From IMG/VR virus record IMGVR_UViG_3300015607_000776: DNA of 20,000 nucleotides. One strand, given 5' to 3'. The translations under genes were made by a program, and so were the position numbers. This stretch comes from an uncultured virus (IMG/VR IMGVR_UViG_3300015607_000776). Taxonomy: Duplodnaviria > Heunggongvirae > Uroviricota > Caudoviricetes. This document shows, one piece after another, positions 6,406 through 16,208 of the stretch; the first letter of the stretch is position 1; every line of letters starts with the position of its first letter. The notes below the pieces were generated by a model that saw only the letters and a program-made list of their open reading frames with translations, had not been told where the DNA came from and searched no databases.

Positions 6406-7776
6406 TCACACCTTTAATGCTTTAAATTTGTTCACCTGTGGACTTTGACTAGATGATTTGGAAGCTCCTGAATGAACCACATTTTTCTGTGCGGTTTGTA
6501 ACAAGTCAAAGAGTTTCATCTTGGTCTTATCAACACCGACAACACCTCTGGGAACTCTGTTCATATCATCATATCTATTTTTTAACTGCTTAATCATAAT
6601 TTGGTTCATCTGCTTCATCTGTTCACTGACAATTAGAACCAACAATAAGTCACATGTCGCTGGCAAACCAAATGATTCTGCCACGTCTGTCATATCTGGA
6701 TCGGAACTTGAATAACCTGTTCTGGTCAACTGTGTTGCTGACCAGATGGGAATTCCAAACTCCTGCGCAAGACCTCTGACTTCTTCCGCAATAGACTTGA
6801 CATAGGTATATGTGTCATTTGCTGAGGATGCCTTAATTCTGGATGATGCACAAATGTTCAAATAGTCAATGAGGATAACATCTGGAACAAAGTCTTTCTT
6901 CAATGACAATTCATTCAACAATGCCTTGAAATGAAGTACCGAGGCGGACGTTGAAGGATATTCCTTGATGATCAACTTGCCGTTTGTTTTCTGCTTTAAC
7001 TTTGATACCTTGTCATCATACAATGCCTTTGGTAAAACCATAAGGTCATCAAATGAGATATTCAGAAGGTTTGCGTCAATTCTCTTTGCAATTTCTTCCT
7101 CTGACATTTCCAATGAAATATACAGGACATTCTTACCCTGATTTAGGTATGCGGATGCAAAGTGGCAAAGAAACAAAGACTTACCAGAATGAACACCACC
7201 CATGATAATGTTGAGTGTCTTATTTGGAATACCACCTTTGGTGATATTGTTCAGAAACTCAAGATCGAAAGGAAGTTTCTCTTCCACTCTATGGTAGTAA
7301 TCAAATCGCGAATCTGACTGCTCCAGATAATCGTGTCCAACATTAGGATCAAATGAGACTGACAATGCATCCGAAAGAAGACCAGGGATCGCACCCTTGG
7401 TCAACTTACTTTTGTTGTTTAGAATTTCGATTGAATTCATAATCGCATTATAGATTGCCTTCTCTTGACAGAATTCCTCTGTCGATTTGGTCAACCAATC
7501 AATATGATTCTTGTCAGTGTTTGCCTTAATGTTCTCAAGTGTCTTGATTGCATTGTCTAGGGTATCCTGGTACAATCCAGGTTTCTTACCCAATTCGACT
7601 GAGATTTCATCAACACTTGGTGAAACATTATATGCTGTTATGAATTTCTGGACAACATCAAAGAGAACCTTATCTGAGTCATTTTGGAAGTATTCTTCTT
7701 TTAGGAATGGCAGGACCTTTCTTGTATAGTTTTCATTTCCCAATAACGACTTAATGATAATGTGTTCAATCTGCAC
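6406..7776 (-). CDS. 41: Replicative DNA helicase (T4 gp41-like, DnaB/SF4)
   Basis: Walker A GGVHSGKS, YISLEMSEE, Walker B IDYLNI, SATQLTR, ESFGLPATCD and KQLKNRY motifs. Follows uvsX as in T4-like phages. Confidence 0.95.
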   Translation of the reverse strand: MQIEHIIIKSLLGNENYTRKVLPFLKEEYFQNDSDKVLFDVVQKFITAYNVSPSVDEISVELGKKPGLYQDTLDNAIKTLENIKANTDKNHIDWLTKSTEEFCQEKAIYNAIMNSIEILNNKSKLTKGAIPGLLSDALSVSFDPNVGHDYLEQSDSRFDYYHRVEEKLPFDLEFLNNITKGGIPNKTLNIIMGGVHSGKSLFLCHFASAYLNQGKNVLYISLEMSEEEIAKRIDANLLNISFDDLMVLPKALYDDKVSKLKQKTNGKLIIKEYPSTSASVLHFKALLNELSLKKDFVPDVILIDYLNICASSRIKASSANDTYTYVKSIAEEVRGLAQEFGIPIWSATQLTRTGYSSSDPDMTDVAESFGLPATCDLLLVLIVSEQMKQMNQIMIKQLKNRYDDMNRVPRGVVGVDKTKMKLFDLLQTAQKNVVHSGASKSSSQSPQVNKFKALKV

Positions 7777-8068
7777 TGTCTAAAGCTTCCTGTGTATCTA
7801 ATGTATCCAAAATCAATGCGTTCAAAACTAATCCGATATGAGCAACAAACTTTTGATCTTTCCTCAATTCTTCTTCTGTGAATAGGTCAGAATAGATGAT
7901 TTCATAATCGAACTTGACAACTGCCTGTTCTTCCTTTTCCACAATTGATACTGTAATGTACCGATAGATTATATCAGCATATGGCCCAGAAGTCAACTCA
8001 ATTGGAATCGTTCCATCTTCGCCTTTTACTTTATCTTCTCGGATTTTATAATCTATTCCTAGAATCAT
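7766..8068 (-). CDS. Conserved T4-like protein in the gp40 (head vertex assembly chaperone) position
   Basis: Acidic 100 aa ORF between uvsX and gp41, where T4 gene 40 lies. The assignment rests mainly on synteny. Confidence 0.55.
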   Translation of the reverse strand: MILGIDYKIREDKVKGEDGTIPIELTSGPYADIIYRYITVSIVEKEEQAVVKFDYEIIYSDLFTEEELRKDQKFVAHIGLVLNALILDTLDTQEALDSAD

Positions 8069-9153
8069 TCTTCATCCTCCTCTTCATCCTCAACATCATC
8101 CTCAAGGAGCTCAACATCAACTGAACCACCGGAATTCATTTGGAACTTGTTTTTGATGAATTCTTTGAAGGTTGTATTTTCCAAAACAGATTCCCAGAAT
8201 TCGTCGTTATTGACTACTTCATCTGTTTTCATTTTCTCTCCAACAACTTCACCACTCTCAACATCAACCAGACAATATCCATTACCTTCCTTTTGCAGAT
8301 ACCCACCTGCAATTGCAAGATCGAATAGACCCGACCACTTATTGATACCTGAATCATATAGAACGGTAATTGGAATCTCAGACTTCTCTTTCAGGAATCG
8401 TGATTTCTCAACTCGAATAATGAAGTTATATCCAGCAAGTTTCTTGTTCTTGTCCTTTTCTTGCTGTCTGCCAATGATCCAAACATTGTTTGCAGAATAC
8501 ATGATGCCTCTACCACCAGAGACAATCTCTCTGGGATAACGGCTCATTTCAGTATAGGTGTGGTTGATAGCAATGAGAGGAATGTCTCTAAGAGTTAATT
8601 TTGGTGTAATTGCACGAAACAATGACTTGATTGCCTTTGCTCTTGTCATGTCTGCAACCGACTTTTGGTTGATTGCATCCTCAACTTCTTTATTCGATGC
8701 AAGATTTCCAATAGAGTCAATTACAATACAAATCTTGTCACCTCTTTTGATAACTTTTTCCAACTGGAAAACAAGATCATTCTTCAGCTCTTCAATTGTG
8801 GAAATTGGCATATGCAATACTCTGTCCTTATCGATTCCAAATGCCTGTAGGTATTTTTCGGGGATACCAAACTCAGAATCATAAAACATGACGATTGCGT
8901 CTTCATATTTCTTCAGATAAGCACCTGCCATGATCATAGCAAAAGCAGATTTGAAATGCTTTGATGGTCCTGCCAATACTGTTGAACCTGGTGTTAATCC
9001 TCCGTCAATCTCACCTGAAAGGGCAATGTTTAAAGCAGGAATTCCAGTGTCAACCATATCTTTCTTGTTATACACTTCAGAATTTGTTAGAATGTCAGTA
9101 TCATCAATTGTACTGGCCTTCTTGAGTCTGCTTAATAGTTCCTTATTGATCAT
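8065..9153 (-). CDS. uvsX: RecA-like recombinase UvsX
   Basis: LNIALSG, UvsX-type P-loop AGPSKHFKS, YDSEFG, IDSIGNLAS, ADMTRAK and VEKSRF motifs, with an acidic C-tail. Start revised to ATG 9153 (AAGGA SD); 9159 is an alternative. Confidence 0.95.
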   Translation of the reverse strand: MINKELLSRLKKASTIDDTDILTNSEVYNKKDMVDTGIPALNIALSGEIDGGLTPGSTVLAGPSKHFKSAFAMIMAGAYLKKYEDAIVMFYDSEFGIPEKYLQAFGIDKDRVLHMPISTIEELKNDLVFQLEKVIKRGDKICIVIDSIGNLASNKEVEDAINQKSVADMTRAKAIKSLFRAITPKLTLRDIPLIAINHTYTEMSRYPREIVSGGRGIMYSANNVWIIGRQQEKDKNKKLAGYNFIIRVEKSRFLKEKSEIPITVLYDSGINKWSGLFDLAIAGGYLQKEGNGYCLVDVESGEVVGEKMKTDEVVNNDEFWESVLENTTFKEFIKNKFQMNSGGSVDVELLEDDVEDEEEDEE

Positions 9154-9547
9154 GTTCATTTCCTTTTGGTGCTTGTTGAGGTTTTGGTGCCGAGAAGTGG
9201 AATTCATTTGAGAAGTCTGCCATGTTCATAATGTCTATAATACATGCTCGACCATCCTTGCTCAAATTAGCAACCAAGACAGATCCAATTTCGTTTGTGA
9301 AGATTGTTTTTGTTGACTCGTCTTGCTGTGCTTCCAATGCTATGATATGCAGACCCTTGGTGTTTAGTAGTACCTTAAAGTCCTGTGGTGGCATACATCG
9401 CACTTTTGCTGGAAACTCTTGAACGTTCGGTCCTTCGACATATGGTGGGAAAACTTGTGCTTTTGCTGGTGTTTCTCCAAACAACAAAATAACAATAATC
9501 GCGATACTAATTGCTAACAATATCATTTCAAATATGGTCAAATTCAT
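9143..9547 (-). CDS. Hypothetical exported or membrane-anchored protein
   Basis: N-terminal hydrophobic stretch (ILLAISIAIIVILLF) followed by an AKA cleavage-like site; two Cys. Confidence 0.7.
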   Translation of the reverse strand: MNLTIFEMILLAISIAIIVILLFGETPAKAQVFPPYVEGPNVQEFPAKVRCMPPQDFKVLLNTKGLHIIALEAQQDESTKTIFTNEIGSVLVANLSKDGRACIIDIMNMADFSNEFHFSAPKPQQAPKGNEHDQ

Positions 9548-9548
9548 A

Positions 9549-9884
9549 TTATATCCTTACTATATCTGTTTCTTCCGTTATTGATCCCAATTGCACTTCA
9601 ATGGCAACTAGGTTTTCTGTTTCTGAAATGTTTAAAACTCTGTGTACTGCTCTCACTGGAATAGTAAATACGTCTCCTGTCAATACTACAGACATTTTAT
9701 CATCCAAAAATAATTGTCCTTTACCACTAACTATACACCACGTCTCCGATCGAAAATTGTGATATTGTTTACTGATACTTCCTTTGGGATTTATGGATAA
9801 TCGTTTGACTTTATATCCTGGACCTTCATTGAGGACTTCCCAATATCCCCAAACTGTCCTTTTAAACGTCTCTGGGTCATTCAT
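9549..9884 (-). CDS. Cupin, mannose-6-phosphate isomerase type II C-terminal-like
   Basis: WGYWEVL..GPGYKVKRL, SISKQYHNFRSETW, IP..AVHRVLN and IEVQLG..EETDIVRI motifs. GGAG SD. Confidence 0.85.
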   Translation of the reverse strand: MNDPETFKRTVWGYWEVLNEGPGYKVKRLSINPKGSISKQYHNFRSETWCIVSGKGQLFLDDKMSVVLTGDVFTIPVRAVHRVLNISETENLVAIEVQLGSITEETDIVRI

Positions 9885-9893
9885 GCAATACTC

Positions 9894-10745
9894 CTAAAAA
9901 TCTCCCCCTTGTATTCCTTCGCGAGGGGTTCGTTTCTTTCTTTTCTTTTTCATAACATTTTCACTATCAATCGCCAAGAATTCCATGTTATAATGTCCAA
10001 TTCTGTTGATCGTAATGTTAAATGCAAGCATGAGAAATATTGCCAAAGGATCGAATACAAAGATCAATATGATTATAACAAATCTGACCGCTTTGTCAAG
10101 TATTTTTTCATCCGATTCCCCATAGATTAATTCCGCCACATACTTAATTGGGCCCACTTCTGCTTCCATTTGTTTGTATTTTGATTCCAAAGATACCTTT
10201 TGTTCCTTCAAGGAAAGTATCTCCTGCATCTTTGCTTCCCGTTTTGTATTAAGTTCCTCTCTGGAACTCTTGTTTGATTTGGATGCTGATAGACCTGACT
10301 TTGCCTTGCCAGTGGATATTAACTTATCTACCGACTTATCAATGACACCAATTTGTTTGTCTATGTCTTCCAGAATTGCAGTTTGATCAGTGATCTTATT
10401 ATTGATATTTTTGATTTCGTCTGAAATGCCGATATTCAATTTCAATTGTTGATCAATATGTGCCTTTGATAGAAACCCAAATATACCCATGCTAGTGATC
10501 AACATAAGGATGATCACTGCAAGGGTCATATAGGTTTTAATGAAGAAAGATACGTGTTGCCAGTTGTTGTATAACCACGACACAACAACCAGTTTGGATA
10601 TCTCCAGGGCACAACCCATAATAACTACTGCTTCTCGTGCCCCGGAGAATATTGTTGTTAGTCCGATGATTGAATAATATGCTGCAACACCGGATAATAG
10701 TAGTCCTGTGAGTAGGACTATGCCTGCTAGAAATTTCTGATTCAT
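9894..10745 (-). CDS. Multi-pass membrane protein with a central coiled coil
   Basis: Three N-terminal hydrophobic helices (ending SMGIFGFLSKAH), a heptad-rich middle, EVGPIKY, a C-terminal TM (FVFDPLAI) and a basic tail. Confidence 0.8.
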   Translation of the reverse strand: MNQKFLAGIVLLTGLLLSGVAAYYSIIGLTTIFSGAREAVVIMGCALEISKLVVVSWLYNNWQHVSFFIKTYMTLAVIILMLITSMGIFGFLSKAHIDQQLKLNIGISDEIKNINNKITDQTAILEDIDKQIGVIDKSVDKLISTGKAKSGLSASKSNKSSREELNTKREAKMQEILSLKEQKVSLESKYKQMEAEVGPIKYVAELIYGESDEKILDKAVRFVIIILIFVFDPLAIFLMLAFNITINRIGHYNMEFLAIDSENVMKKKRKKRTPREGIQGGDF

Positions 10746-10749
10746 CTGC

Positions 10750-10757
10750 TATTTATG
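10750..10757 (-). promoter_or_regulatory. Candidate T4-type late promoter (CATAAATA)
   Basis: 7/8 match to TATAAATA, overlapping the gp43 stop codon and ending 4 nt before the ATG of the membrane protein. Confidence 0.45.
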
Positions 10758-13338
10758 AGAAAAACGCACTTAATGAAGAACCACGACTTGCCTTCCAACC
10801 AATACAATCAAGGATGATTGTTAATGGATTTAGGAACGTCTTTTCAAATTGAGTGTTATAGTCAACAAACTTCTCAATATTGAATTCTGCTGGTAAGACT
10901 TGAGGAAACGCAATAATGTTTTCGCCGATCATATTTGGTTCCTTCAAATAGATATACTTGATCTTCTCTCCCTCCTTGATTGTTTGATATTTCTTTGTCA
11001 GATCATTTTGCTCAAGCAAATTGTTATATACGATTGATCCCCTGACATGCATCGGGGTACCCTTCTTATATCCTTTTTGTGAATTTTCTTTGTAGAATTT
11101 TATTCCTGATACACCACGAGGTGATGCAATCTCATGCACTGGTAATGTTTTGAATTCCTTTTTGAACTCACTAATGAACTTGATCACATCGTCATTATTT
11201 CCTCTGAGGATCAACTCAACTGCCTTCTTGAGTTTTACCTTACAGACACCAGGTGTTGAAGATTTAACCATTTCAAGACCTGAGATTTTAACTTCTGGTG
11301 GATCATATGCAACACCTTCACTGTTCCAAACATTCAAAGCATATCGTTTCTTTGCAGTCCAAAATCCTTTGTCTGCAAGAACTTCTCGCTTCATGTGCAT
11401 CTTCTGCTCTAGGGAATTAAGATATTTAGCAAGCTCATTATAAGACTTATCGATAAACGGTTGCAACTTAATCTCACAGACTTTATCCATGAAGTCGATG
11501 ATCCGTTTAGTATCTGTAGTCTCACTTCCAAACGTCTGCTGTACCAATTCATCAAGAGATAGGTAAATTGAGTCCGTATCTGACGCAATTATGTAATCCT
11601 TCTTTGTCCCCAACACATTATTTAGATATTTGTTGATTTTGATTGCAATCCATTGAATTGCAAGCTTACCGGAAGTCGTGATTGCTTCTGCTTGTCTAAC
11701 GTCGAACCAACGGAAGTATTCAGACCCCAAAGTACCATAAGCAGAATTCAAGGTGAGTTTCATAGCCAGCTGCATGTTGTTATAATGCGCTGCATCATTT
11801 TTATACTTGGTCATTTCCTCTTTTAATTCTGCCGTTTCACCTTCTTCTGCTATTCTCTTTTTGATTACCTCAATCTGCTTCTTTGCTTCAATTGCTTTCT
11901 TTTTGAAGACCTTTCGGTCATCATAAATCTCCTGCATCATTTCCACAAGGAAACCTTTTTGATCAAGTCTGAACAACTGACCATTTGGTGTAACTGTAGC
12001 ATTCCAGGCCTTTAATGGTACGGTATTGATTGTTCTATTGAGTAGTTTTTCAACACTGATACCTCTATCAAGAAACGATGCCATACCTTCGACATAGTTT
12101 CCTGGTTCAATAATAGTATCAGGTGAAATGTTCTGCTGCATGATCAAATGTGGATACAGTGAGTCAAGGTCGAATGATGCAATGTATTTGTAGAAACCTG
12201 GAATTGGTTCCTTGACATATGCACCTTCATAGTCTTGCTTCTTTGTACTCTTTTTATTTGGAGGAACCACAATTTGCTTTGAACGTAATCGATTGTAGAA
12301 TAGTGAATCCCACATTGTTACCTGTGTAAACACATCGTCAAAATTACAACGACAAGTGTAGGCAATAATGATCGCAACCTCAACCAACTTCAGTTTTGCA
12401 TCCAGTCTTTCAACCAGCTCAACGTCATGGATATTATACTCAATGAACTTCTGGTAATTATCTTTATACAAACGAAACAGGTTCCCATATTCTTCATATG
12501 AGATTTTCTTTTCACCAATTTCTTCACTGCAAATGAAGTTGAGTGAATACTGTTCCTTTGCCTGACCACCTGGATGGAAACTGCGATACAGTTCCAGATA
12601 ATCTAGTATTGCAATACCGGCAATGATATATACCTGCTGCTGTCTGTTCTGATAATAGACTTCACGTTCATAGTATGAATTCCAAGGTGAAAGTCTCTTT
12701 GCAAATTCCTCACCCATTACTCTTGTGATCCTGTTCACAAGATAGGGAATATCGAAAAACTTTACGTTCCATCCAGTGATAATATCCGGATAATCAAGTC
12801 CCCATTGATTGAGGAACATATTGATCAAATCGATTTCATTGGAACATTTAATATACTCAACATCTTCTCTGGTGTTTTTAAATTCACCACAACCAAATAC
12901 CATGAACTTACTGCCCATCTTATAGGTGATTGCAGTAAGTGGTTCATAAGCAGTTTCGGGCTCAGGAAAACCATTTTCCGAGCCAACCTCAATGTCGATA
13001 TTACATACCTTGATGAATGAAAGATCATATGGGATAGGATCCCTTGGACCAAACTTATCGGAAATGAAAGCATATTCATATCTCTGGTTTCCGTAAATTT
13101 TGAAGTCTTGGATATCCTCATATTGCCTGCAAAAGTCCCGACACTCTTTCATAGTGCCAGGTCTAATTTCTTCAACGAATTCACCAGATATGGTTGTGAA
13201 TTGTGTAGGGTTGTCGGAATGAATGAAAAGAGAAGGGTAATAATCGATTTTTGATCGTACCCTTCTCCCATTTTCAATACCTCTATAGGCAATTTTATTT
13301 CCGATAACCTTTACGTTTGTGTAAAAGTCATTAGTCAT
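10753..13338 (-). CDS. 43: Family B DNA polymerase (T4 gp43-like)
   Basis: ExoI DIE, ExoII GWNVKFFDIPY, ExoIII YNIHDV. Polymerase motifs SFDLDSLYP, KLTLNSAYG, SDTDS and KKRY. C-terminal clamp-binding-like SLSAFFS. Confidence 0.98.
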   Translation of the reverse strand: MTNDFYTNVKVIGNKIAYRGIENGRRVRSKIDYYPSLFIHSDNPTQFTTISGEFVEEIRPGTMKECRDFCRQYEDIQDFKIYGNQRYEYAFISDKFGPRDPIPYDLSFIKVCNIDIEVGSENGFPEPETAYEPLTAITYKMGSKFMVFGCGEFKNTREDVEYIKCSNEIDLINMFLNQWGLDYPDIITGWNVKFFDIPYLVNRITRVMGEEFAKRLSPWNSYYEREVYYQNRQQQVYIIAGIAILDYLELYRSFHPGGQAKEQYSLNFICSEEIGEKKISYEEYGNLFRLYKDNYQKFIEYNIHDVELVERLDAKLKLVEVAIIIAYTCRCNFDDVFTQVTMWDSLFYNRLRSKQIVVPPNKKSTKKQDYEGAYVKEPIPGFYKYIASFDLDSLYPHLIMQQNISPDTIIEPGNYVEGMASFLDRGISVEKLLNRTINTVPLKAWNATVTPNGQLFRLDQKGFLVEMMQEIYDDRKVFKKKAIEAKKQIEVIKKRIAEEGETAELKEEMTKYKNDAAHYNNMQLAMKLTLNSAYGTLGSEYFRWFDVRQAEAITTSGKLAIQWIAIKINKYLNNVLGTKKDYIIASDTDSIYLSLDELVQQTFGSETTDTKRIIDFMDKVCEIKLQPFIDKSYNELAKYLNSLEQKMHMKREVLADKGFWTAKKRYALNVWNSEGVAYDPPEVKISGLEMVKSSTPGVCKVKLKKAVELILRGNNDDVIKFISEFKKEFKTLPVHEIASPRGVSGIKFYKENSQKGYKKGTPMHVRGSIVYNNLLEQNDLTKKYQTIKEGEKIKYIYLKEPNMIGENIIAFPQVLPAEFNIEKFVDYNTQFEKTFLNPLTIILDCIGWKASRGSSLSAFFS

Positions 13339-13540
13339 CGTTACTCTTTTCTTCTAAAAGTTTACACCATGACACACCTATTGGTCCAAAATTCTTGAAA
13401 CCACACGAATCTAATTGGTGTCTTATCCATTCAGCATACTTTTCTCGATCTAGTTCCTGTAGAGATTTTGATTCCTTGGTAATCATTGCAACTTCAAACA
13501 ATATGTCAACCAACTTTTGTTCTCTGGATCGATTTTGCAT
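13331..13540 (-). CDS. Hypothetical protein
   Basis: 69 aa ORF overlapping both neighbours (TAATG coupling upstream). Confidence 0.7.
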   Translation of the reverse strand: MQNRSREQKLVDILFEVAMITKESKSLQELDREKYAEWIRHQLDSCGFKNFGPIGVSWCKLLEEKSNDD

Positions 13541-13851
13541 TAGTCGAATCCTACAAGGTCTGTCTTGGGAGCAATAATTCCACCAAACATTGCATTGTAC
13601 TGATTAATAAATTCCTTGACTGGTTCATATGCACAAATAACATGAGCACCACTCACAAGAATATCCTTTGTTGCACTGAATTCTGCCCAGGGAGCAAATG
13701 CAACTGTTGGTGTATTTGGATCTGACCTACTTGGCACAACCATAACACGCACAACATTCTTTAGTGTTACATTTGCCTCAGAAACATTCAGGACTTCTCC
13801 CATAATTTCTTCACCTGTGGCCAATTTCAAGATTTTGATATTCTTCGCCAT
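13540..13851 (-). CDS. Sm-like fold protein common in T4-like phages
   Basis: IKILKLATGEEIMG, LKN, FAPW and Y..MFGGII.P pattern. Start revised to ATG 13851 (TAATG overlap, GAGG SD). Confidence 0.7.
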   Translation of the reverse strand: MAKNIKILKLATGEEIMGEVLNVSEANVTLKNVVRVMVVPSRSDPNTPTVAFAPWAEFSATKDILVSGAHVICAYEPVKEFINQYNAMFGGIIAPKTDLVGFD

Positions 13852-14051
13852 TACGCTACTTCCTCCATGATAAATGGGTACACCGCAACTGTGACCCACT
13901 TTGTTGGAGTCAAAGTCATATTCATTCCTCTTTCATCAACGAAAGAGTAACTGTTTTCCGTATCCATCACCTTGACGATACGTTCCCAGCAGCCATCGAA
14001 TTCGCGCTGGACTAATTGTGTTTCAAGAATGGAATTCTTGTCAATAGGCAT
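13851..14051 (-). CDS. Hypothetical protein
   Basis: 66 aa ORF with AAGGA SD; first gene after the consensus promoter. Confidence 0.75.
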   Translation of the reverse strand: MPIDKNSILETQLVQREFDGCWERIVKVMDTENSYSFVDERGMNMTLTPTKWVTVAVYPFIMEEVA

Positions 14052-14079
14052 GATGTATTCCTTTTGTAATTGTGAGTAT

Positions 14080-14108
14080 ATTATAAACTAGTTTGTGTCA
14101 AATGTCAA
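14080..14108 (-). promoter_or_regulatory. Perfect-consensus sigma70 promoter upstream of the polymerase block
   Basis: TTGACA (14108-14103), 17 nt spacer, TATAAT (14085-14080). Confidence 0.85.
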
Positions 14109-14917
14109 TCGGGATCGTACATGGTTGTAGGTAGATATTTTCCTGCAGGATTGTTTCCTTCATCCATATCTATCACCTTATAGACCTTTACGTCGGGATT
14201 ACTGCATACCCATTGTTCATCCCTAAATCTATCAGATGCACCTTTCAACCAAATATTGGAAGTCTTTTCCTTCAGAGCATACCACCAATCTTTGGTAGCA
14301 GGATTGGGAAGTGTTTTGATATATGAAGATTTTGCCCACCAAAAATTTCCACTGAAATGTGGTGATGGTGAACTAAAGAAATTCACACCAGCAACATCGT
14401 TATCATCTAATGCATCAACGCATGACCTCCATCTTTTGATCACACCCCAATTCAAAAACTGACGCCAGTAATAGTAATTCTTGAACGATTGTGCAAGGAT
14501 ACAATTCTTGCTCATTAGTCTCATGCAAGAGGTGATTCCTTTTGTATGAATATACATGACATAGAATTCTTCCTCTGCGTTTTGACAGTCCTCATATATC
14601 CTTCTGAAGGTATAGTTTTCAGTGATTGTATGTGGACTCTCAAGGTTTTCCATCATCGCAATATCATTTGCCCAGGGGTTCTTGACAAAATGAATATCAA
14701 AATTAACACCCTTGTCAGCTGCCATTTCAGTGGAACACAGTGATTCCAATTCTCTGATACGTTCATCATCCTGAGTGATTGCAACAATCTTAATCATATC
14801 CAACTCACTCAAGAGTCCGGAATCTTCCATTGCCTTCATCTGTTCAAGGAATATATTAGTCCATGTACTTGGTTCATCGGTCAGGTACATGTGGTAATAT
14901 AGGATTTTCTTAATCAT
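14105..14917 (-). CDS. Putative glycosyltransferase-like protein
   Basis: TENYT, YIHTKG, YYWRQFL and HFSGNFWWAKSSYI.TLP pattern, as seen in viral GT-like proteins. Sits in a sugar-gene context. Confidence 0.55.
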   Translation of the reverse strand: MIKKILYYHMYLTDEPSTWTNIFLEQMKAMEDSGLLSELDMIKIVAITQDDERIRELESLCSTEMAADKGVNFDIHFVKNPWANDIAMMENLESPHTITENYTFRRIYEDCQNAEEEFYVMYIHTKGITSCMRLMSKNCILAQSFKNYYYWRQFLNWGVIKRWRSCVDALDDNDVAGVNFFSSPSPHFSGNFWWAKSSYIKTLPNPATKDWWYALKEKTSNIWLKGASDRFRDEQWVCSNPDVKVYKVIDMDEGNNPAGKYLPTTMYDPD

Positions 14918-16208
14918 TGTCTATCCTAAAACTTTCAACCTTTGGGAAATATCTGACAAAAACATCATTTGGATTGTCTCTGATAGATTTGATCTTCGAT
15001 ACGATTTCATCAAAGAAATTCCAAGCAAGAGGAATGAATACAATTGAGTCCTCTGTTGTCTTTAGAAAATCAGAATTGATAATCGGAAGCTTTGAACCAG
15101 GAGCAAACTTACCTTGCTTCAATGGGTTATCATCAACAATGCAACTCATGTATTTACCAATATCAGTGTAATTAATTAGTGTCATGCCCTTTGCTGCGGC
15201 ACCATAACCAACTACCATCTTACCAACATCACTTCTCCAATATTGAGTAATTTCATCAGTCAGTTTTTGAGGCAATGCTTCACACTTCTTTTTGTATTCA
15301 TAGTAAGTCTTTGGACTATAGAGTCCTACTGCCTTTTCCATCGCAATCAGATTTTCGATTCTGTATTTTGTTGAGGTCACAGGTGGGGTTTGACCAATAA
15401 CAAAAATGTAACTAGTTCCGTGCAAAGGAGTTTTGATAACATCAATCAGTTCCATCCCTGCTCTTTTGCACAGCTCTTGCATCGAGTTAATATTGTAGAA
15501 TGAAATGTGCTCATGGTAAATTGTATCAAACTCACCATTCAAAATCATATTTGCCTGTGAAGTTTGGATGAATAACAAACCATCAGCTGCCATCATATTT
15601 TTTACATTGTTTAAAAATGTAAATGGGTCTGGATTATGAGCAAACACATTTTGTGCTACTACAATATCTGGTTTGTTATAGCCAAATTCAATGTCATCGT
15701 ACATCCATTCGACAAATTCATTATCAAAAAATCCACAATACAAAATGTGTTGATCCGACTTTTTTCTAGCACTCTTTATAATATTTTCAGCAGGATCAAC
15801 ACCAATTGTCACAAATTTTCCGTTTAATTTATTGAATTGGTCTAATTGTGAACCATCATTGCAACCAATCTCTACAATTACCTTTGGTGTTCTGTCATTA
15901 AGTGACTTATAATATTCGTCAGCAAATTTAGAAAACCACTCGAAGTATTCCATCATAGTCTTTGAAGTACCACTTACATATGGGTAATCTTTATACAGAA
16001 TTTCAGGATTGACAATATGCGTCAACTGGACATGGTAACAATCCAAGCAACGATTAATTGCAAGGGGAAATTGTTCCTGTACCTGAATTGCAGTTTTCTT
16101 AAGTGAATTTGCTGGTGGTTGCTTTCCTAGGTCTAGTAGTGGAGTCAAACAATTCCCACCACATGCCAAACACGTCTTTAATTCTTCTACTGGTCCATTC
16201 TCAAACAT
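14910..16208 (-). CDS. NDP-hexose 3-C-methyltransferase-like (Zn-binding N-terminus, SAM domain, C-terminal domain)
   Basis: CLACGG...CLDCYHVQL, YPYVSG, EIGCNDG, NVFAH, FDTIYHEH, GYGAAAKG, DDNPLKQG and LAWNF motifs. Start revised to ATG 16208; 16217 is an alternative. Confidence 0.9.
   Translation of the reverse strand: MFENGPVEELKTCLACGGNCLTPLLDLGKQPPANSLKKTAIQVQEQFPLAINRCLDCYHVQLTHIVNPEILYKDYPYVSGTSKTMMEYFEWFSKFADEYYKSLNDRTPKVIVEIGCNDGSQLDQFNKLNGKFVTIGVDPAENIIKSARKKSDQHILYCGFFDNEFVEWMYDDIEFGYNKPDIVVAQNVFAHNPDPFTFLNNVKNMMAADGLLFIQTSQANMILNGEFDTIYHEHISFYNINSMQELCKRAGMELIDVIKTPLHGTSYIFVIGQTPPVTSTKYRIENLIAMEKAVGLYSPKTYYEYKKKCEALPQKLTDEITQYWRSDVGKMVVGYGAAAKGMTLINYTDIGKYMSCIVDDNPLKQGKFAPGSKLPIINSDFLKTTEDSIVFIPLAWNFFDEIVSKIKSIRDNPNDVFVRYFPKVESFRIDND

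Noticed and set aside
12140..12185. Motif A of gp43 reads DLDSLYP rather than DL(T/N)SLYP, a possible adaptation to modified nucleotides
   Set aside because: This position varies among family B polymerases, and the catalytic Asp and steric-gate Tyr are intact. It cannot be supported without an alignment.
6406..13338. Inteins, introns or homing endonucleases in gp41, uvsX or gp43
   Set aside because: The ORFs are uninterrupted and of normal length. No intein termini or HNH, GIY-YIG or LAGLIDADG motifs were seen.
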